From Azolla caroliniana (Eukaryota; Plantae; Polypodiophyta), in NCBI GenBank assembly GCA_043228905.1, contig JBHGNT010000003.1, positions 26,102,001 to 26,166,000 of the forward strand: a stretch of DNA of 64,000 nt. Direction: 5' to 3'. Each line of letters begins with the position of its first letter. Positions within the stretch are counted from its first letter, which is position 1. The notes beneath the pieces were generated by a model. It worked only from the letters and a program-made list of their open reading frames with translations, was not told where the DNA came from and did not search any database. This document shows positions 22,202-36,900 of the stretch, piece after piece. Position numbers and translations under genes: made by a program.

Positions 22202-24653
22202 AAAACACACCGGGAGACAAGGAGATAATAACTTCACCTTGACACAAATTACTAGCAGGCTCTTACATTTATAACTGCCACTGTAAATGACAACTTCAAA
22301 TCATCACATGCTACCTAATGGATAGAGACACAATATGTTGGATTGGACAAATACAATGAATTCCATGATGCATGACCCAAAATCAACCACTCTCTTTAAA
22401 ATAATATAAAACACATAGATACTTGAAATGTTGCATGTGACTTTCATTTTTTGTTTTCGAACAATTGCTTTGTTGAATAAGATACATGGATGTTGACAAT
22501 TTCTATTTGTATATAGGTGAATGTAGTTGTTCTTTGTGTGGATAGTTTTAGATTATGTGATAAAAACTAGACAAGAACAATGAGCAAACTTTAGTTTCGT
22601 GAATGTGTACAAATAATTTTGTTAGGATGCCTTCATGGATATATCTCAAATACTATTTAATTCGTTAAGCATGCACGCCTGACAATAAGATCATTAGACA
22701 TAGCTCTACACCATCTACCTCAAATTTATGGAGAGTTGAGTAAATGTTATCCCATATTTAAAACAATGAAAAATAAAATAAATAATCAAAGTGGATATGA
22801 GTAAGTGATGCCCAACATGAAAGCCACCAATAGTCCAGGGGTTGAAAAACTAAACTACCCTATATTTGCTCCTCACTTTTGTTGAGAATGATTGGTTGAA
22901 TTACACAAACAAATCCTTTCTTAACATAGTATGATGGCAGTCCTATGAACAATGAGATATCCATTGGGTAGCAATAATCAAGCGCCTAGGTATTGGGAAG
23001 ATTGTATTCTGTTGTTGAAAAATTGGACATAGGAAATAAATTTTCTACCACCAAGCTTAAAACCATCTATGCTCTTGTAGGATTTTATTAGTCAATGTTA
23101 CCCATGGTAATGCATACATCTTCCAATGGAAGTTGATGACTATAAGGTTGTTACATGACAAAATCAGTGACAACATTCTCATAAACTAACCTTAAAAGCC
23201 ATTGGAATAGCAAGTTTCATTTGTGTGTAAGGTGTGAATACCAGCCTATGGTTTAAGTTGAACTATTTGTATGTGAACACTATTATAAATACCAGTAAAC
23301 ATGGTTGTAGAAACTAGAAAAGATGGTATTACTAAAATTCTAGACATCATTCTACCAATAATAATGAGCTTACAACATATGCACTTGATCCCATCAAGTT
23401 GAGCATTTGACTCATAAGCAAATGCCTAAAAGTTTTGAAATTGTTTATTACATGCAATACTTACTCCCAACAAGGTTCTTGGACATGAATCCTATGAAAG
23501 TGACAATCACCTAACAATTGGTTGTGATACACACAATACCACTATCACTCCCCAACTTCACATACTACTTTAGGTATTTAAATAAACAAGAAGGAATACT
23601 AAAGAAATGTGTTTAGGCACAGATAAATAAGACAATATCAACTGAAACATAATGCAAAGTATTACCTTTACATAGTTGTGGACTGCCTACACATTATTGG
23701 GAATGCCTGAACATCAGGCTGTGTTGATGAATTTACAAAATTCTTGATTACAAATGTTCATCCCCTAAGTTAATATTATTTAACTACATAAAAAAAAGAT
23801 CACACTGATAAAGGCTTGTATTCAGCAATTAACTTTTCAAGTGATTACAAATACCTTTTAGCTTAAGATGATGATACCAACATTTACACTGCAAGTTCAC
23901 CCCTTTAGAAGGTAATACCAGCAATGATGGCTACAATAGAATACAGTGGTTTATGATATGGTATAACATACTTGAGAATCACTTTTGATCCATAATTCTC
24001 CTCACAACACTACTCACATCATTACAACAGTACTGCAAAAATGGAGCCCAATCAAAGATTCTGAATATACTCACTTACCTTATTTTTCAAATTACTCTCC
24101 GATTTCTCTCATCCTTTTAGAGAGATAAAAAAGGAAAAATACTTTGAGACTTTCCAAAGCTGAACAGTAGTTTGGGCTTCCCCATTTAAAGCGTCTAGAA
24201 ATCAGGTTGCTCATTCTCTTTGAAGAGGCAATGTGCCCCCAATTACCATTTTTCTTCTTATGTGCTTCCCATATGTTTTTTGGTATGTATGCCAAAAGAC
24301 GGAAACTATAAAAGCAAGATGGAACGAGAAAAAGAGAATGAAACATGCATGCAAAGGCAATCGAACCTCCATGACAAACAAATACTTGTTTCTTTTTTTC
24401 CAACCTACATTTATGTTTCAAGCTTAAATTCACGATAAAGGATTCTCAATTTTTTATATTTTCAGCCTAAGGCATAATTACAGCCTTCAATCAACAACAA
24501 AAGACCCTGGCAACAATGTATGGAAAAATATATGCAAAAAGAGAGCACCCACACAGGATGGAAAATACCCAAACAAAAGACCATACTCACTTGCAAGCTT
24601 TTGCTTAGAATACACTGAAGGATAGACAATAGTAAACAGTAAAAACAATTCTT

Positions 24654-25602
24654 TTAAGGGGGTGCACCATAGTACCCAGGAAGGACATTACTTGTATGAA
24701 GACCAGATTGAACACCTTGAGAACCACCACCACCACCATAGCCACCACCACCTCCATATTGAGGATAAGGGGATGAACCATATTGAACCCCGCCAACCCC
24801 GACGCTTCCATATTGTGTTCCACCCAAACTACCATAAGAAGGTTGACTAGTATATGCCGAAGCCAGGCTAGAAGGATATCCAGATAAACCAATAGACGAG
24901 CCCCCTCCCCCCACACCTTGTAGCTGTGCCCTTGGATACGGGGCTATATTTGGATTAACTGAATATCCAGGTTGAAGTTGAGAGACAATAGGTGCAGTTT
25001 GTGGAGTTGAAACTTGTGTTTGTTGTGGCTTCTCTTTTTGCCCTTCCATCGCTAGCTTAACCACCACATTACGACCCTGCATATATAACAACAGCATAGA
25101 CAAAATAAAACAAGATATACAAAAGTATTATAATAGATTACACATTGAATGTAGGCAAGGGTATACTAGTTTGCTCGGAAATACTGATAAGGTTTCAAAA
25201 ATGACCAGAATACCTTCTCGTAACACAGAATTTTGTAGTATATAAGGGGTACTCGAGTGATTTTTGTAAACGTCCAGTAAATACCCAAGTTATGGGTATT
25301 TTGATGACTTATAAAATAGCTCAAGTGCATAGAATGTAACGACATATGTGGCATTACCTCGATCGTTTTGTTAGTATCCCCAAGGGCCCTACGTGCAGCT
25401 TCAATGCTCTTAAACGTCATGAAAGCAAAGCCCCTATACACAACATGATTATACTTAGAAGCAAGCACAAAAGAAAGTACAAATATAATATCCTCCATAT
25501 TTGGTTACGAAATGTGGTCTAATATGTTTTATAATACGGAGGTGTTCACTGAGTCAATCACGAGAAAGGACTGGATAGTCGTTTTAAAATCTATTATGCA
25601 CT

Positions 25603-25637
<35 letters not shown>

Positions 25638-28113
25638 CAATATGAAGGGGAATTTTGGAATATGGAGAGTATGTCGCCCTGCTGAAAATATTGGCACCTT
25701 AATTACAGCATACCGTGATTTATTTGTACTTTTATCATAAGCAACAGAGCCTTCTTCAATCTCTCCATATTGAGAAAATATGCTGATTAATGTTTCGGTG
25801 GTGGTCTCATAAGATAAGCCGCCAATAAAAAGCTTCCTCTGAGCAAGATCTCCGCTGACAACAGGACCATGTGTACCACTGACTGCTAGATTACAGACAG
25901 CAATCCTTCCCTGTGGTCATGCATCTAAAACCATATCAATACCTAAACCATCATTCTCATATATTAAAAAGGCATGCGTGATCTTTGTCAAAACTATATT
26001 CCCGTATATCCTCCATCACTGATCTCTTCTTCACAAAATTGGAGAACCACTTTTTGAAAAAGCATGTAGACATAATGTCGATCAGAAGGGAGAGCAATTT
26101 TTCTCAATTCAGAAGATGAGGTACACTTATTCAATGTCTGAGAAACAGAAAGCACAATTTTCATAGGTTTGCATAAGAGAGAATGCTACTTACATCTATT
26201 ATCTTGCTTGGTTCTTTCAAGGCCCTCTGGGCAGAATCCATGTGTTTGAAAGTTATGAAACCATATCCACGAGATTTTCCAGTACTTTTATCAACAATGA
26301 CTGCACCCTCTTCAATCTCACCATATTCATGAAAAACCTGATACCATATAATCAAATTTAGCTAAACCTCAAGTAGAAACCATAACACAGTGCCTGTCCT
26401 TTCTCGAACCTCTCATATATCCATTTATCTATCTCTATATATCACCCAAGTTTTGTGTCGACCAAGTCTTTTCTTACATACAAGCATATCCAATCCGAAG
26501 TTGGCAGGTCAAACAAACACTCATCTTCACCACCGAAGATCAGTACAAAACATACTAGATGTAATCAACTTGATCACCAAAAATCAGTTCAAACCATACT
26601 ATATATATTACATGCATTCATGCCATCCATGCACTCACATCACGCAAAGCTTCCGAGGTAGTTTCCCAGGCCAACCCCCGCACAAACAGCTTCCGATGGG
26701 CAGGATCCTTGCTGGCAATATCCCTAATTTCTTCTGCAATCGCAGGGTATTGACAACCTCTGCATAGCATACAAAAAAAAAACACAAAACCACAAGCATG
26801 ACCAGTCAATCATATTCACATGCAGAAATGCCAAACTCTGATCACACATATGCCGAAACAAAGGTTTCTGAGAATTTACAACAATCCTTTAATAAAGGAA
26901 ACAGGATTCTCATGTTTCCGTAACACTTTTCCATACTGGGGATCCACAAAAAGAAGCTTCAAATTCAACATGTACTCGTATATCTATAGCAGATGCTTAC
27001 CACACAGAAGAACAAGCAAGCATGCAATATGGTCAACTGAAGTTAATTCACAACTAGAGAAGTTTTGTTTTTGAGATCATAAGTTGTGGAATTCTCTATT
27101 GCTAGGTGGCACTGTCTTATTAAAATATTTAACATAACAAACATGTGGAAGGCAAAGGTTCTTACTCTTCGCCATCCCATGGCTAACAGCCTTAATCTTT
27201 ATGATTACACATATAGACTAAGTAATTCAATAAGGCCAGAAATATTGATATCTTAAAGGTATCTGTGTGCTCAAAGCATTAATTAACCCTTCTAATAAAA
27301 TACTAGTTGCGCATCTTCCCTTATAAATGATGTTATCAAAAGATTGTCTCTAGATGAATCAAGTATAGTGACTACCTAGAAGCAGGAACCTTTTCACTGG
27401 ATAGCCAAAATTGAACAGGTGACATGGCCTTTGCTAGCATGTGGAAGATAATGCTAGAAGTTCCATATACTTAAAATGTCAGGCAAATCCTTCATAAAAA
27501 TCTAAAATATCAACCCAGTGCATTCATAACCCTCTTTCACAATCTTCATGTGCACTGAGAATTTGTATAGGTCTACTCATATAGTTCACGCAAACTCTCA
27601 TTCTTTCCACACACACACACACACATTATCAGTATGAGCAAGCCTTTTATAAAGGCGGAAATACATTGCATACACACAGACATGCATATACATATACATA
27701 TCATTATGAGCAAGCCCTTATAAAGGAGGAAATACATTGCTAATGATCCTCTTTCACAATTTGCTGTCCTTACAAATATTTCCAAGTAATATCATACGTC
27801 CCACACACACACATATGTCTTGGAATTTCTCACATACACAAAGCATGAATCTTTTCTACAATTTATTGAGTAAATACATAAGCGCATGTACTTTGCATCA
27901 GGGGGGCAAAAGCAGAGGGATGAAAAGGGTACAAGACAGAGTAAGAGATAAGAGTAAAGTATCTTACACATCCGCGAGAAGATCTACAAGCTGTTCTTTG
28001 CTGAGAGGTTCTAGAAGAGCCTTAATATCATCTTTAGAGAGTTGCAGAGAAGACCCATTCTTGTTTTCTTCATCTACCTTCCTCTTCTTAGACTCTTCTC
28101 CACCATATTCCAT
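24654..28113 (-). CDS. UBA2C: UBP1-associated protein 2C-like hnRNP (two RRMs, Gly/Tyr/Gln/Ser-rich tail), 6 coding exons, about 368 aa
   Basis: Exons 28113-27968, 26759-26639, 26337-26194, 25910-25714, 25433-25358 and 25076-24654 are phase-consistent. Motifs: [65 protein letters not shown]. Confidence 0.93.
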
Positions 28114-28195
28114 GATTTCCTACTCTCTCTCTTATTTTTTTACTTTGTCGGAGGAAAAAAATCAGAAGAAACCTGTAAAGAGCAAGGGGGGAAAC

Positions 28196-28204
28196 AAACC
28201 CTAA
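28196..28204. promoter_or_regulatory. Telobox AAACCCTAA in the UBA2C-like leader (second copy near 28586)
   Basis: Exact telobox motif, common in plant genes for RNA metabolism and translation. Confidence 0.5.
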
Positions 28205-29493
28205 GTTGAAGGCGGAAATAAAAGTAGACAGAGAGGCGAGGTGAGGACTGAGGAGGAATGAAAAGAAGCAAGAAAAGAGGCTCTTTCTTCTCTTCTCTTC
28301 TCTTCTCTTCTGGGTAAAATGGTAATATGTTTATTATGTACATATTATTATTGTTAACATTACCGGAAGTCATCGGATTATTACAACCGATGGAATATGC
28401 GATATCTGATCAGAAACCAATCCATCAATGAATCACTGAATTGGGGGGGCGTGGGGTGTGTGTTTAGGGTTCCCAAGACATCATCCCTCATCTCCGGATT
28501 CATTGATATGGACCTCCTATACAATCCCGTGTGATAAAACGCCAGTGCAAATATGATGGACATGCTACCAGCTTGCCAACCTTCAAAACCCTAATACCTC
28601 CTTTGTCAACCTCCCTGAAGTCTCCAACAACGAGGATTGCCATACCATGTATGCCTTATAATAATCGTCAATTGTGTGTCCTTGAACCCCATATCGAGTA
28701 GAAAAATAGATAACATTCCGAATTACGCCAATATAGGCCACAACCCCCAATACCGTCGATAATTATTGAAAGGTTGTCTCACAATGTGGAAAAGGCATTC
28801 TCAACTCCAGAATCCTTTTCATTATCAAAGAATGGCTACCATAGATCAAAATATAAGGCTCCCCCATTCTAATGAAACCTACATTAACCCATGATTGAGT
28901 TGCATCGAGGAATATTTGCCTAAATTTTTGTAAATGTATGGATTACACATACATTTAGTAAGAAAACTTAAAGAAGTTTAATGATTGATTTTTCCATTTG
29001 CTTTTATATAAAAGCATATTGAAACATAAAACCAAAGTAAATGGGTAGTTTTAATCAAGATGAACATGTCATCGATATGCTACATTCTGTACAAAAAGGT
29101 ATGTTGTTGTGAGGGTTTATGAGAACATGGGACATAGCTTTAACCTATCATGATTGTTTCATTTATGACGAACAATTCTTGGAATCCTGTTTCCGTGTTG
29201 TCTTGTTTACTTCATAATTCTTCTAACATTTAGAACCTTAATTATTTCTTCAAATTTGTAACATCATACTTGCTCATGACCAAGGTGCAAGAGATGAAGA
29301 TGATCACATGGTACACTAGATTATATTGCAATATAAGCGAGAGATACTCACATACTATTGAACTCCAACTATTACCATTCAACCGTATCCATAGAACGTA
29401 ATAAACGTGTTCGTGCAAGCATTCAAACGTTTGAAAAGAGAAAAATGTGTGTTACTTTTTTTATAATCATCTTAATAATGTATCACCATTACT

Positions 29494-29905
29494 AATTAGC
29501 TCATCCTATTGGAAAGTTGCTAAACTAGTGGTGCCTATGTCTTGGGTTCAATTCCCAAATTTCTCATCTCTCTCTCTCTCTCTCTCGTTAGTGTTATATC
29601 ATAGCAATTTTTTTTGTTTTTCATTCCTTATTATTAGAAGTTAGTGTTATATCATAGCAATTTTTTTGTTTTTCATTCCTTATTATTAGAAATTGGCTCA
29701 ACCTACTAGTAAGTGGTCATGCTTGGGTTCAATTCCCGATTTTCTCAAATCCTCTTGTTAGTGTCATGTCATGGCGAAATTTTATGTTAGTATCATGTTC
29801 CTTTTTATTTCTTTTTTATCTTTCTTTGTTATTCGAAATTAGCTCACCCTAGTGGTAAGTTGTTAAGCTACTATTGCCTATGTCATGTTTTCTTTATATT
29901 CTCGA
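29494..29905 (+). mobile_element. Tandem array of three degenerate tRNA-derived SINE-like units
   Basis: Units start AATT(A/G)GCTCA at 29494, 29691 and 29837 (A-box-like). B-box GGTTCAATTCCC at 29545 and 29726. T-rich tails. Near-perfect 52-53 bp internal duplication (29587-29639 and 29640-29691). Confidence 0.6.
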
Positions 29906-30972
29906 ATATACGTTTTATGACTCAATCTCTATAGTTCATAATCATTTTTTTGTAAAGTTCTAAAGTGAGGAGGATAGAGATGTCTTGATTCTTCAGAAGC
30001 ATCCCAAAGGTATGCATGTGATACAATGCAAATATTGCAACCATACTTATGTTGGTGGTTCACAATGGATTAGAGTCCACTTATTGGGATTGAGAGTGAA
30101 TCAATATATAATATAGACCATAGTCAATCCAATCCAACTTCGAGATTATTTACCATACACGTTTGATTGAATCATTCTCGAATGCGAATGCACCTATGAT
30201 ACGTATGGTCCATTCTAGGTCCGTATCATTGAATCACTCACACCAATGAATTCTTAAGCCTTGACATCAAACCTTGTACACATCCAATCCACATGGCCAA
30301 ATATACAAACTTTATCATTGTCCTTGACAAGAGGGAAGTGATGAAGGGTATTTATTGGAGCACTATATTGTATTGCAATATGTGAGAGATACTCTTTACA
30401 ATGAATTCTAACACCATATAATTGAGCCCTGGAAATCTTCACATTGCACCTAGCTTGCATCCAATTCACATGGCCAGAATAATCCTTGAATGCATAAATG
30501 GATCAATAATATAGTGCAAATAGCTAATCTTCTCTTGGAACTGATGATAATATAAGAGTGCTTCATGCAAGGCAAGCTCAAAACATTGAAATCCAAACTT
30601 CATATTTACGATGACAATATATCATTGAACCAGAATGATGCTACAAAACACCGAAAATTTTGATATTGGTACATCTCCAATGTGCATTCTTAATATACAG
30701 CTTCTGAAAAGCAATCCTTGAAAGTAAACAATCATATCTTTTATCTAGGGGAGGATCATAGAATGGTGTACTCGTTTCTGTAATCACTAAATGCCTTGCC
30801 TCCTGATTACCCATTGCCCCTTGAAGGGCACGGTATCTGTGTGCAGGTACCTTGTGCCTCCCGATTCTTTTTATTATTATCATTTTATTTCTTTCCTTAT
30901 CTTTTTCTCACAGTGACCTCTCTCCCACAGCAGATATATCACGAGAATGCTGAGAAGGAAACTTAAAGCATA

Positions 30973-33900
30973 TTATTCAAAGGTCTGAAACTTACTTAAT
31001 AATATCCATGCTTGAGAGTTATTGGTATTTAATGTCACATTCTTGTTACAGAGTTGTTTCCATAGTGCATCCTCACTGGATGATAAGACGGGAAGAATTT
31101 GAGAAACATCAGGGAAGAACTTTCCTGGAGATGCAACCTCCATGGATCCTCCACTTGCAAAAGCGATATCAGCAACAAGTATCCATATAAGGTCAGCATC
31201 GACATTGCTTAGAGCAAGTAGTGTTTGAGTTGCAGATTCTTGCAATAATGGCACTCCACAAGCAAACCCTACAGTAACTGAAGCAAGCTGTTCTAGCGAA
31301 GATGCCAATGCTGACGCAGAACTTTTATTACTAGCTATTTCACAAAGGCAAGAGAATATAGCCTTGTGTACTTTTAACCTAGATGCCAAAGCAAATTCTC
31401 TATGAAGATTGGGGCTGTTTCCTTGGTATGGCAATAACTTTCTATGCTGACCTCTTGATTTGGGTTCAATTTCCGTCTCATCAAATAGAAGAGATAATAT
31501 CATTGGTGTTGCATCCTTCTGAAATCGCCTAGTAAAAAACTCTCCCCCACAGCTACAAACTACACTTGCAATCACTTTCAATGATTGAACCAGAACCTAT
31601 ACAGTTCAACCATTAGGACGCAGCAAACACAGAATGGCTGATCAAACAGCATTGAAAGAACACATTCAGAACTTACAGAAGGGAAAGTGTGCTTTAGGCA
31701 TGAAACAAGATGGGGCCAAACATTGTTCATTGTTGGAAGGAGCTTTGGATTATTAGGTCCATCCAAATGGGAGACATCATTGTTGCAAATTTTTTCTCTG
31801 ATACTCTCTCTTTCCTCTTTTGCCTGCTTTGTGACTGTTTCCATACAAGCCAATGCAGCAATTCCAATCTACAAAATTCAAATACATTTAGAAGACTTGA
31901 ACATTCCATTTTATGGAAGAAAGATGATTGCTTACCTCAATAATTTCAAGAGCCAGAAGGCATTTATGTTCATCCTTTGAGGCCATCAAGGGGGAGCTGG
32001 AGTTAATGCACAATATTAGAGTGTCTTGGATAGATTCACATCGTCTTTCATTCTCCTTCAGTGCAGAGATAATTTCATCACCGTTACCTAAAGGAACAGA
32101 ATCGTGCCTTTCTTTAATATACTCTTTGTCACCTGTGTTATAAAACATTTATAAATAAGGATAACATCAAAAGTAGATAAAGAGCATTTAAGGTCTCTAT
32201 TGTTCAACACAATTATGATTGCAACATAATTGCAATCTAGAATTACTTTAACTCGGTTTGATAGATGTGCACAATCTATATTGAGTATCTAGACTCAAGT
32301 AGCAGTTGAAAGGGTATTTGGTCAATCATTTTTCTTGAATTTTCAAAGACCATATGTTTTCTTGGTTCATAACATACTAAATATTGTCCAATGATATTTC
32401 TAGACATTGACACACCTCAGTTATCTCTTTACACGAAGCATCTTCCATTCTTGCATTTATGAATTCTTTATTTGTTTCATACTGCATTCTAAATTTATAT
32501 CCTACTTCTCCCAAAAACTGAATATGATTTATTCACAGCATAAATGCCAAGCTTTTCATCATGAAAAGTCTATGCAATTCACATCACTGCACAAGTTCAT
32601 ACTTGTTTCACGAGATGATTTTCATGTATCTGATCAGTTCTGTAGTGATGGTGCCATGATCCATTTGATTTGTGTGGCTTTCTTGGTAGTACTCTAGAAC
32701 CTTAGAATCAATAGAATAAATAATGTGGATCTAGCAACCTGGAACCAATGGAATGTTTAAACATAGGCTAGAGGGACACAATGTGACAACTAAGCATAAT
32801 GACATGCATAGTAAACTACAAAATTTTGCGCAGCATGTTTCTGCTCCCATGCTCTTGCATGCTATCATCATTTCCGTTTAGTGTAGCTGTATGTTATTTC
32901 AGTTGTCTGTAAACGAGTTTTGGTTCAAGATGTCAGCATGCGCAATGCCATTCATTGAAACATGCCATTTGAATTGGGCTTCCTTATGAAGATGGTTGAG
33001 ATGTAATATTAATAATCTTGACAAGTCATCGAGTAAGTGTTCAAAGAAATGTTTTAGGGTACGAAAGAAAGAAAGAAAGAAATTTTAAGAACTTTAAGAG
33101 GCCAAAATCTACCACCTCTTCCACAACGTGTACTGCTTCAAAACCCTTGCTGGGCTAGAGGAAAGAGACTCTGAATCTGGAGAATCCAACAACCACGGGA
33201 ATCCCAAAGGAACAGAGGGAGAAAGCTATTATGAATGGCCTTAGATCTGGAAAAGTGTGAGTCCACTCCATCACTTCCACTTGCATTTCAGCTTTAATTG
33301 CATAGTTTGCAAGCAGTAGCATGCCATGAAATGCCATTGTTAATTTTAAAGCTCATACTTATCATTTTGAGGACAAGGGAAATAAAAATCTCATTCAAAC
33401 CAAGGTCTACTATCATTAACTAATGTGACTAACCTGCTGAAAATTGGATATAAGTTAGCTTACTTATCTTTAAATAGAATTATCGAGAAAATGGACGACG
33501 AACCAATGATTATTGTGATCTCAGGCATGGATCAGTTAGAATCAACGATTGGGCAAGAATTTGATAATTTAATTACACAAGATAGAATTGTTAACTGGAG
33601 GCAAAACAATAAATAAGAGACTAATGGATGAGTTTTCAAGCTGCATGTATTTGACTTTATGCTTTAAATAAAAGCACTGTTCAGTATCACCACCTCAATC
33701 CTTGAATTGATGATTTACTTGCTTGCTTAGGAAATGCAACTGTTTTGATTTAAAATCCGGGCACCACCAGTAATAAAATAAAATAAACAAATTATGCTCG
33801 TATGCCAGCCAGTTTTGACCTATGGAAGCAAATAAACATATCCCCTTGTATGTGACTCCTCAGAAGGGGGCCTCCTATTCTGTAGTAGAAATCTCTACGT

Positions 33901-36900
33901 GAAAATCATGCACGCACATATGTTTTCACCTTTCTTGGTGGAGATTCGAGTATGATACTTAAATTATCAGGCCAGTCTAACAAGTCATCATACTTCTTGA
34001 GAATTACCTTGTACGCTGACCATGTGAGAAGTGAATCATTGCCAAATATGTATTCTGAAAAAAGATATCCTTAAGGCAGCTTTCTGAATGTGTTTTGGTC
34101 ACTGGCTTTTTGGCGATTCTGTCTGGATTACATATTTTATCTGCTACCATGTTTATGAATGATGTTTATCATCCTGTATTGGGAGATTTTGTTGCTAATT
34201 TAGTAAAGGATGTACCTTTGTGAGCAAGATATCATTGCTACAGTATTCTGAAGTAGGAGACCAAGTCTTCTTGCAATTAGCCAAAAGTAAAGAAGCAATC
34301 AAAATTGTCACGTCGTTTTTCTGGTCCTAAACCATTATAAACAAGGTTGGCAAAGTGGCATATAAATTTGAACTACCTGTCAGGTGTCAGAGAGATGCAT
34401 CCTGTGGTCTGTGTAAGTAGATTCCGGAAATGTCTTCATTCAGAGGATAAACTTGTTAAGGAATCAACAGAATGTTCATGTCAGAGGCAGAGTCCTTCAG
34501 AAAATCCTTGAAACTAGAAGTCTTGGAGGGGCTAGACACGGTCTGACTCTGAATAGGAATCTAAGTATGACGAGGAAAGCCTTTCCTGATTTTTTCAATG
34601 AGGATGACTAACAATTTCTTAAAGGTGGATTCTCATGATCCATTTGTCATGCGTATCTAGGTAGTCCTGAACGGAGAGCTTAATTGAGCTTTAGCACTTC
34701 GGAACAAACTGATGGGTCCAAGATAGTTAGGTTGGTTTAGACATGTGATGACTAAGTGTCTCATGCTTAGTGTGAGCATCACTATATTTATGGCCTATGA
34801 AAAAGTGGATGGTCTACTTTGTTTCACCTCTCTTTCTTCCAGAGTGTGATAGATGATTTTCACATGCGGGTCACCGAGATACTTAATAGAACATCAAGTT
34901 CACTCAAAACTTATTAGTGTCACCTAGAAATAGTAAGTATCAATGACTTTGGATGTGTATCATAAAAGAGCAAATACAGATTTCTCGGTCTAAGATTTAA
35001 CAACAGGATTTCTTTATAGGTTGAAGTATGTGGTATATTGATTGGCATTGTGCACTAGCTGAAGTACTACAGACTGTAAAAAAATATAGATCAATATTTA
35101 TGCCAAAATATTTGATAAATGCTTACACAATGTCTTGTAAGAAAGTTTTTGTGTAACAGAGTTCTTTGAAAGAGCCTCTTCCAACATGTATGAACCTTCA
35201 CTCCTAGCAGCTTTAACAATCTCTTTCAATGCCTGCTTCAGCAAAATACATAAAAGAAGAATTGATTTGTGTGGGCTTGAGAGCTAACAAGACAGAAAGA
35301 TCAATAGATGAATTCTGGCATTAAGTCTGCAGAACACTAAAATGACCCATGAGACCAAACTTTCAATCATCATTTCATACATGAATGAATCTCTTATACA
35401 CGTAATCCATGAACATGAACAAAGAACCATAGAAAATACAAGGGAGAGATGTGTAGAAGCTTGATTATATTACTGTCATTATCATGAAATATACTCAGAG
35501 GAAAGAGATCTGAAAATCAATACAAAAGGCTCAAGATAATGACAAAGAGATAGATCTAATATCAAGGAAAGTTCTTACTCTCAGCATTGGTAATACATTC
35601 CCAGGACAACGCTGTCGGGACGGAATTTCAAGTTCTAATGAGATATTGCGCATCTGCAAAAGAGCATTTCAAACAAATGGAACAGTTCAGATCCATAAGC
35701 TGTTTCAAATTCAAGGAAATTTTTATCCGTGTGCATTACTGGCTCTTTCAGCAAAGACACGAGCTCTCGTCCAGCTCCCACATAGCGGAGTACTGCAACA
35801 AGCATGTTCGGTGCATTTGGATGGAGATCCATATGCCATAACTGCCTGCATAGGGAATCAATGATGTAGTCGGTGCTACCGATAATCAAATCTTTCACCT
35901 ATATGAAATCGTGAATACAAACATAAAGTAAAAAAAACGTTCTGAAAATAGTCTAGAATTAAAATAGGAAAAAGCATTCCAAAGTGGAGTCTAAAACTAT
36001 GATGGAAAAACCTACCGAAGGATAGCCACATGCAGAAGAAATTGCATGCAAGGAAATATCCGCTGCACTGCTAAGGGAATAATCAGGGCATCCAAGTTGC
36101 TCCAACAGAAGATACAATACAGACCTTAGAAAACCCTCTTCTTCAAAGTGACGTCCAATTGACAATGCCAAAACACCTATGCCTTCTATGAGAACCTGAA
36201 TACGAGAATGGGCAGGAACTCATTACGTCATACATTGTCTTACGCATATGCATTAATTAACAAACAGCACTCCAGAGTAAAACATACTTGATGCAATAAT
36301 GCAGTATCTCTCAATGTATGCTTGTGTGACTGCAACATACTCTCATTTGCATCAGATATATCCAAATCGGTAGGGAATGGAAGCTTCCAGATCGCATCTG
36401 ACATGAACTCATGTAGAATGTCTCCAACACACTCTATTAAATATTTGGATGGCAAATTGCACACCAAATTCTCCCACACCTTCCATGGTTGTAAGTCAAT
36501 TGCATCCGTATGCTTAGAGTAATGAAATCCGGGAATTGATGATAAAGAATCAATCCAAAGTCCTGATGCACCATAGAAGACTTCATTGAGTACAGCCGTC
36601 ATAGTAGCAGCTGTTCTCTGCCACTGTCCAGATCCAATTAGTCCTCTGGAACTTTCAACGTGCACATCTTGAGCAAGCCTAAATGGAACCAATAGTTCTT
36701 CCACCAAAATGTGAATGTATGTTGTGCCTCCTGATACTGAAAAAGCAAAGGCAGATATAGTCAAAGTCAAACAAGAAGAAAATAAACATCACAAAAATAT
36801 AAAGAATTGAGGACCTTTCAGGATAATATTTTGAGTGAGAAAGAGGCTGGATAATTTACATCTTAAATTGATATTATAAAGGAAGATTATTGTGTCTAAA

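Noticed and set aside
16950-23600. Hidden gene in the long intergenic stretch
   Set aside because: I found no coherent exon chain. There are only faint, unassignable TE-like traces (~17800-18550 and ~22800-23300), and a homology search would be needed to say more.
28440-28900. GC-richer segment upstream of the UBA2C-like gene, possibly a LINE ORF1 relic or a divergent gene
   Set aside because: All frames are broken and the similarity is too weak to call.
32600-32702. Extra TTI1 exon in the 3-kb intron
   Set aside because: The only stop-free reading ends in phase 0, whereas the next exon needs phase 1; the gene is already in frame without it.
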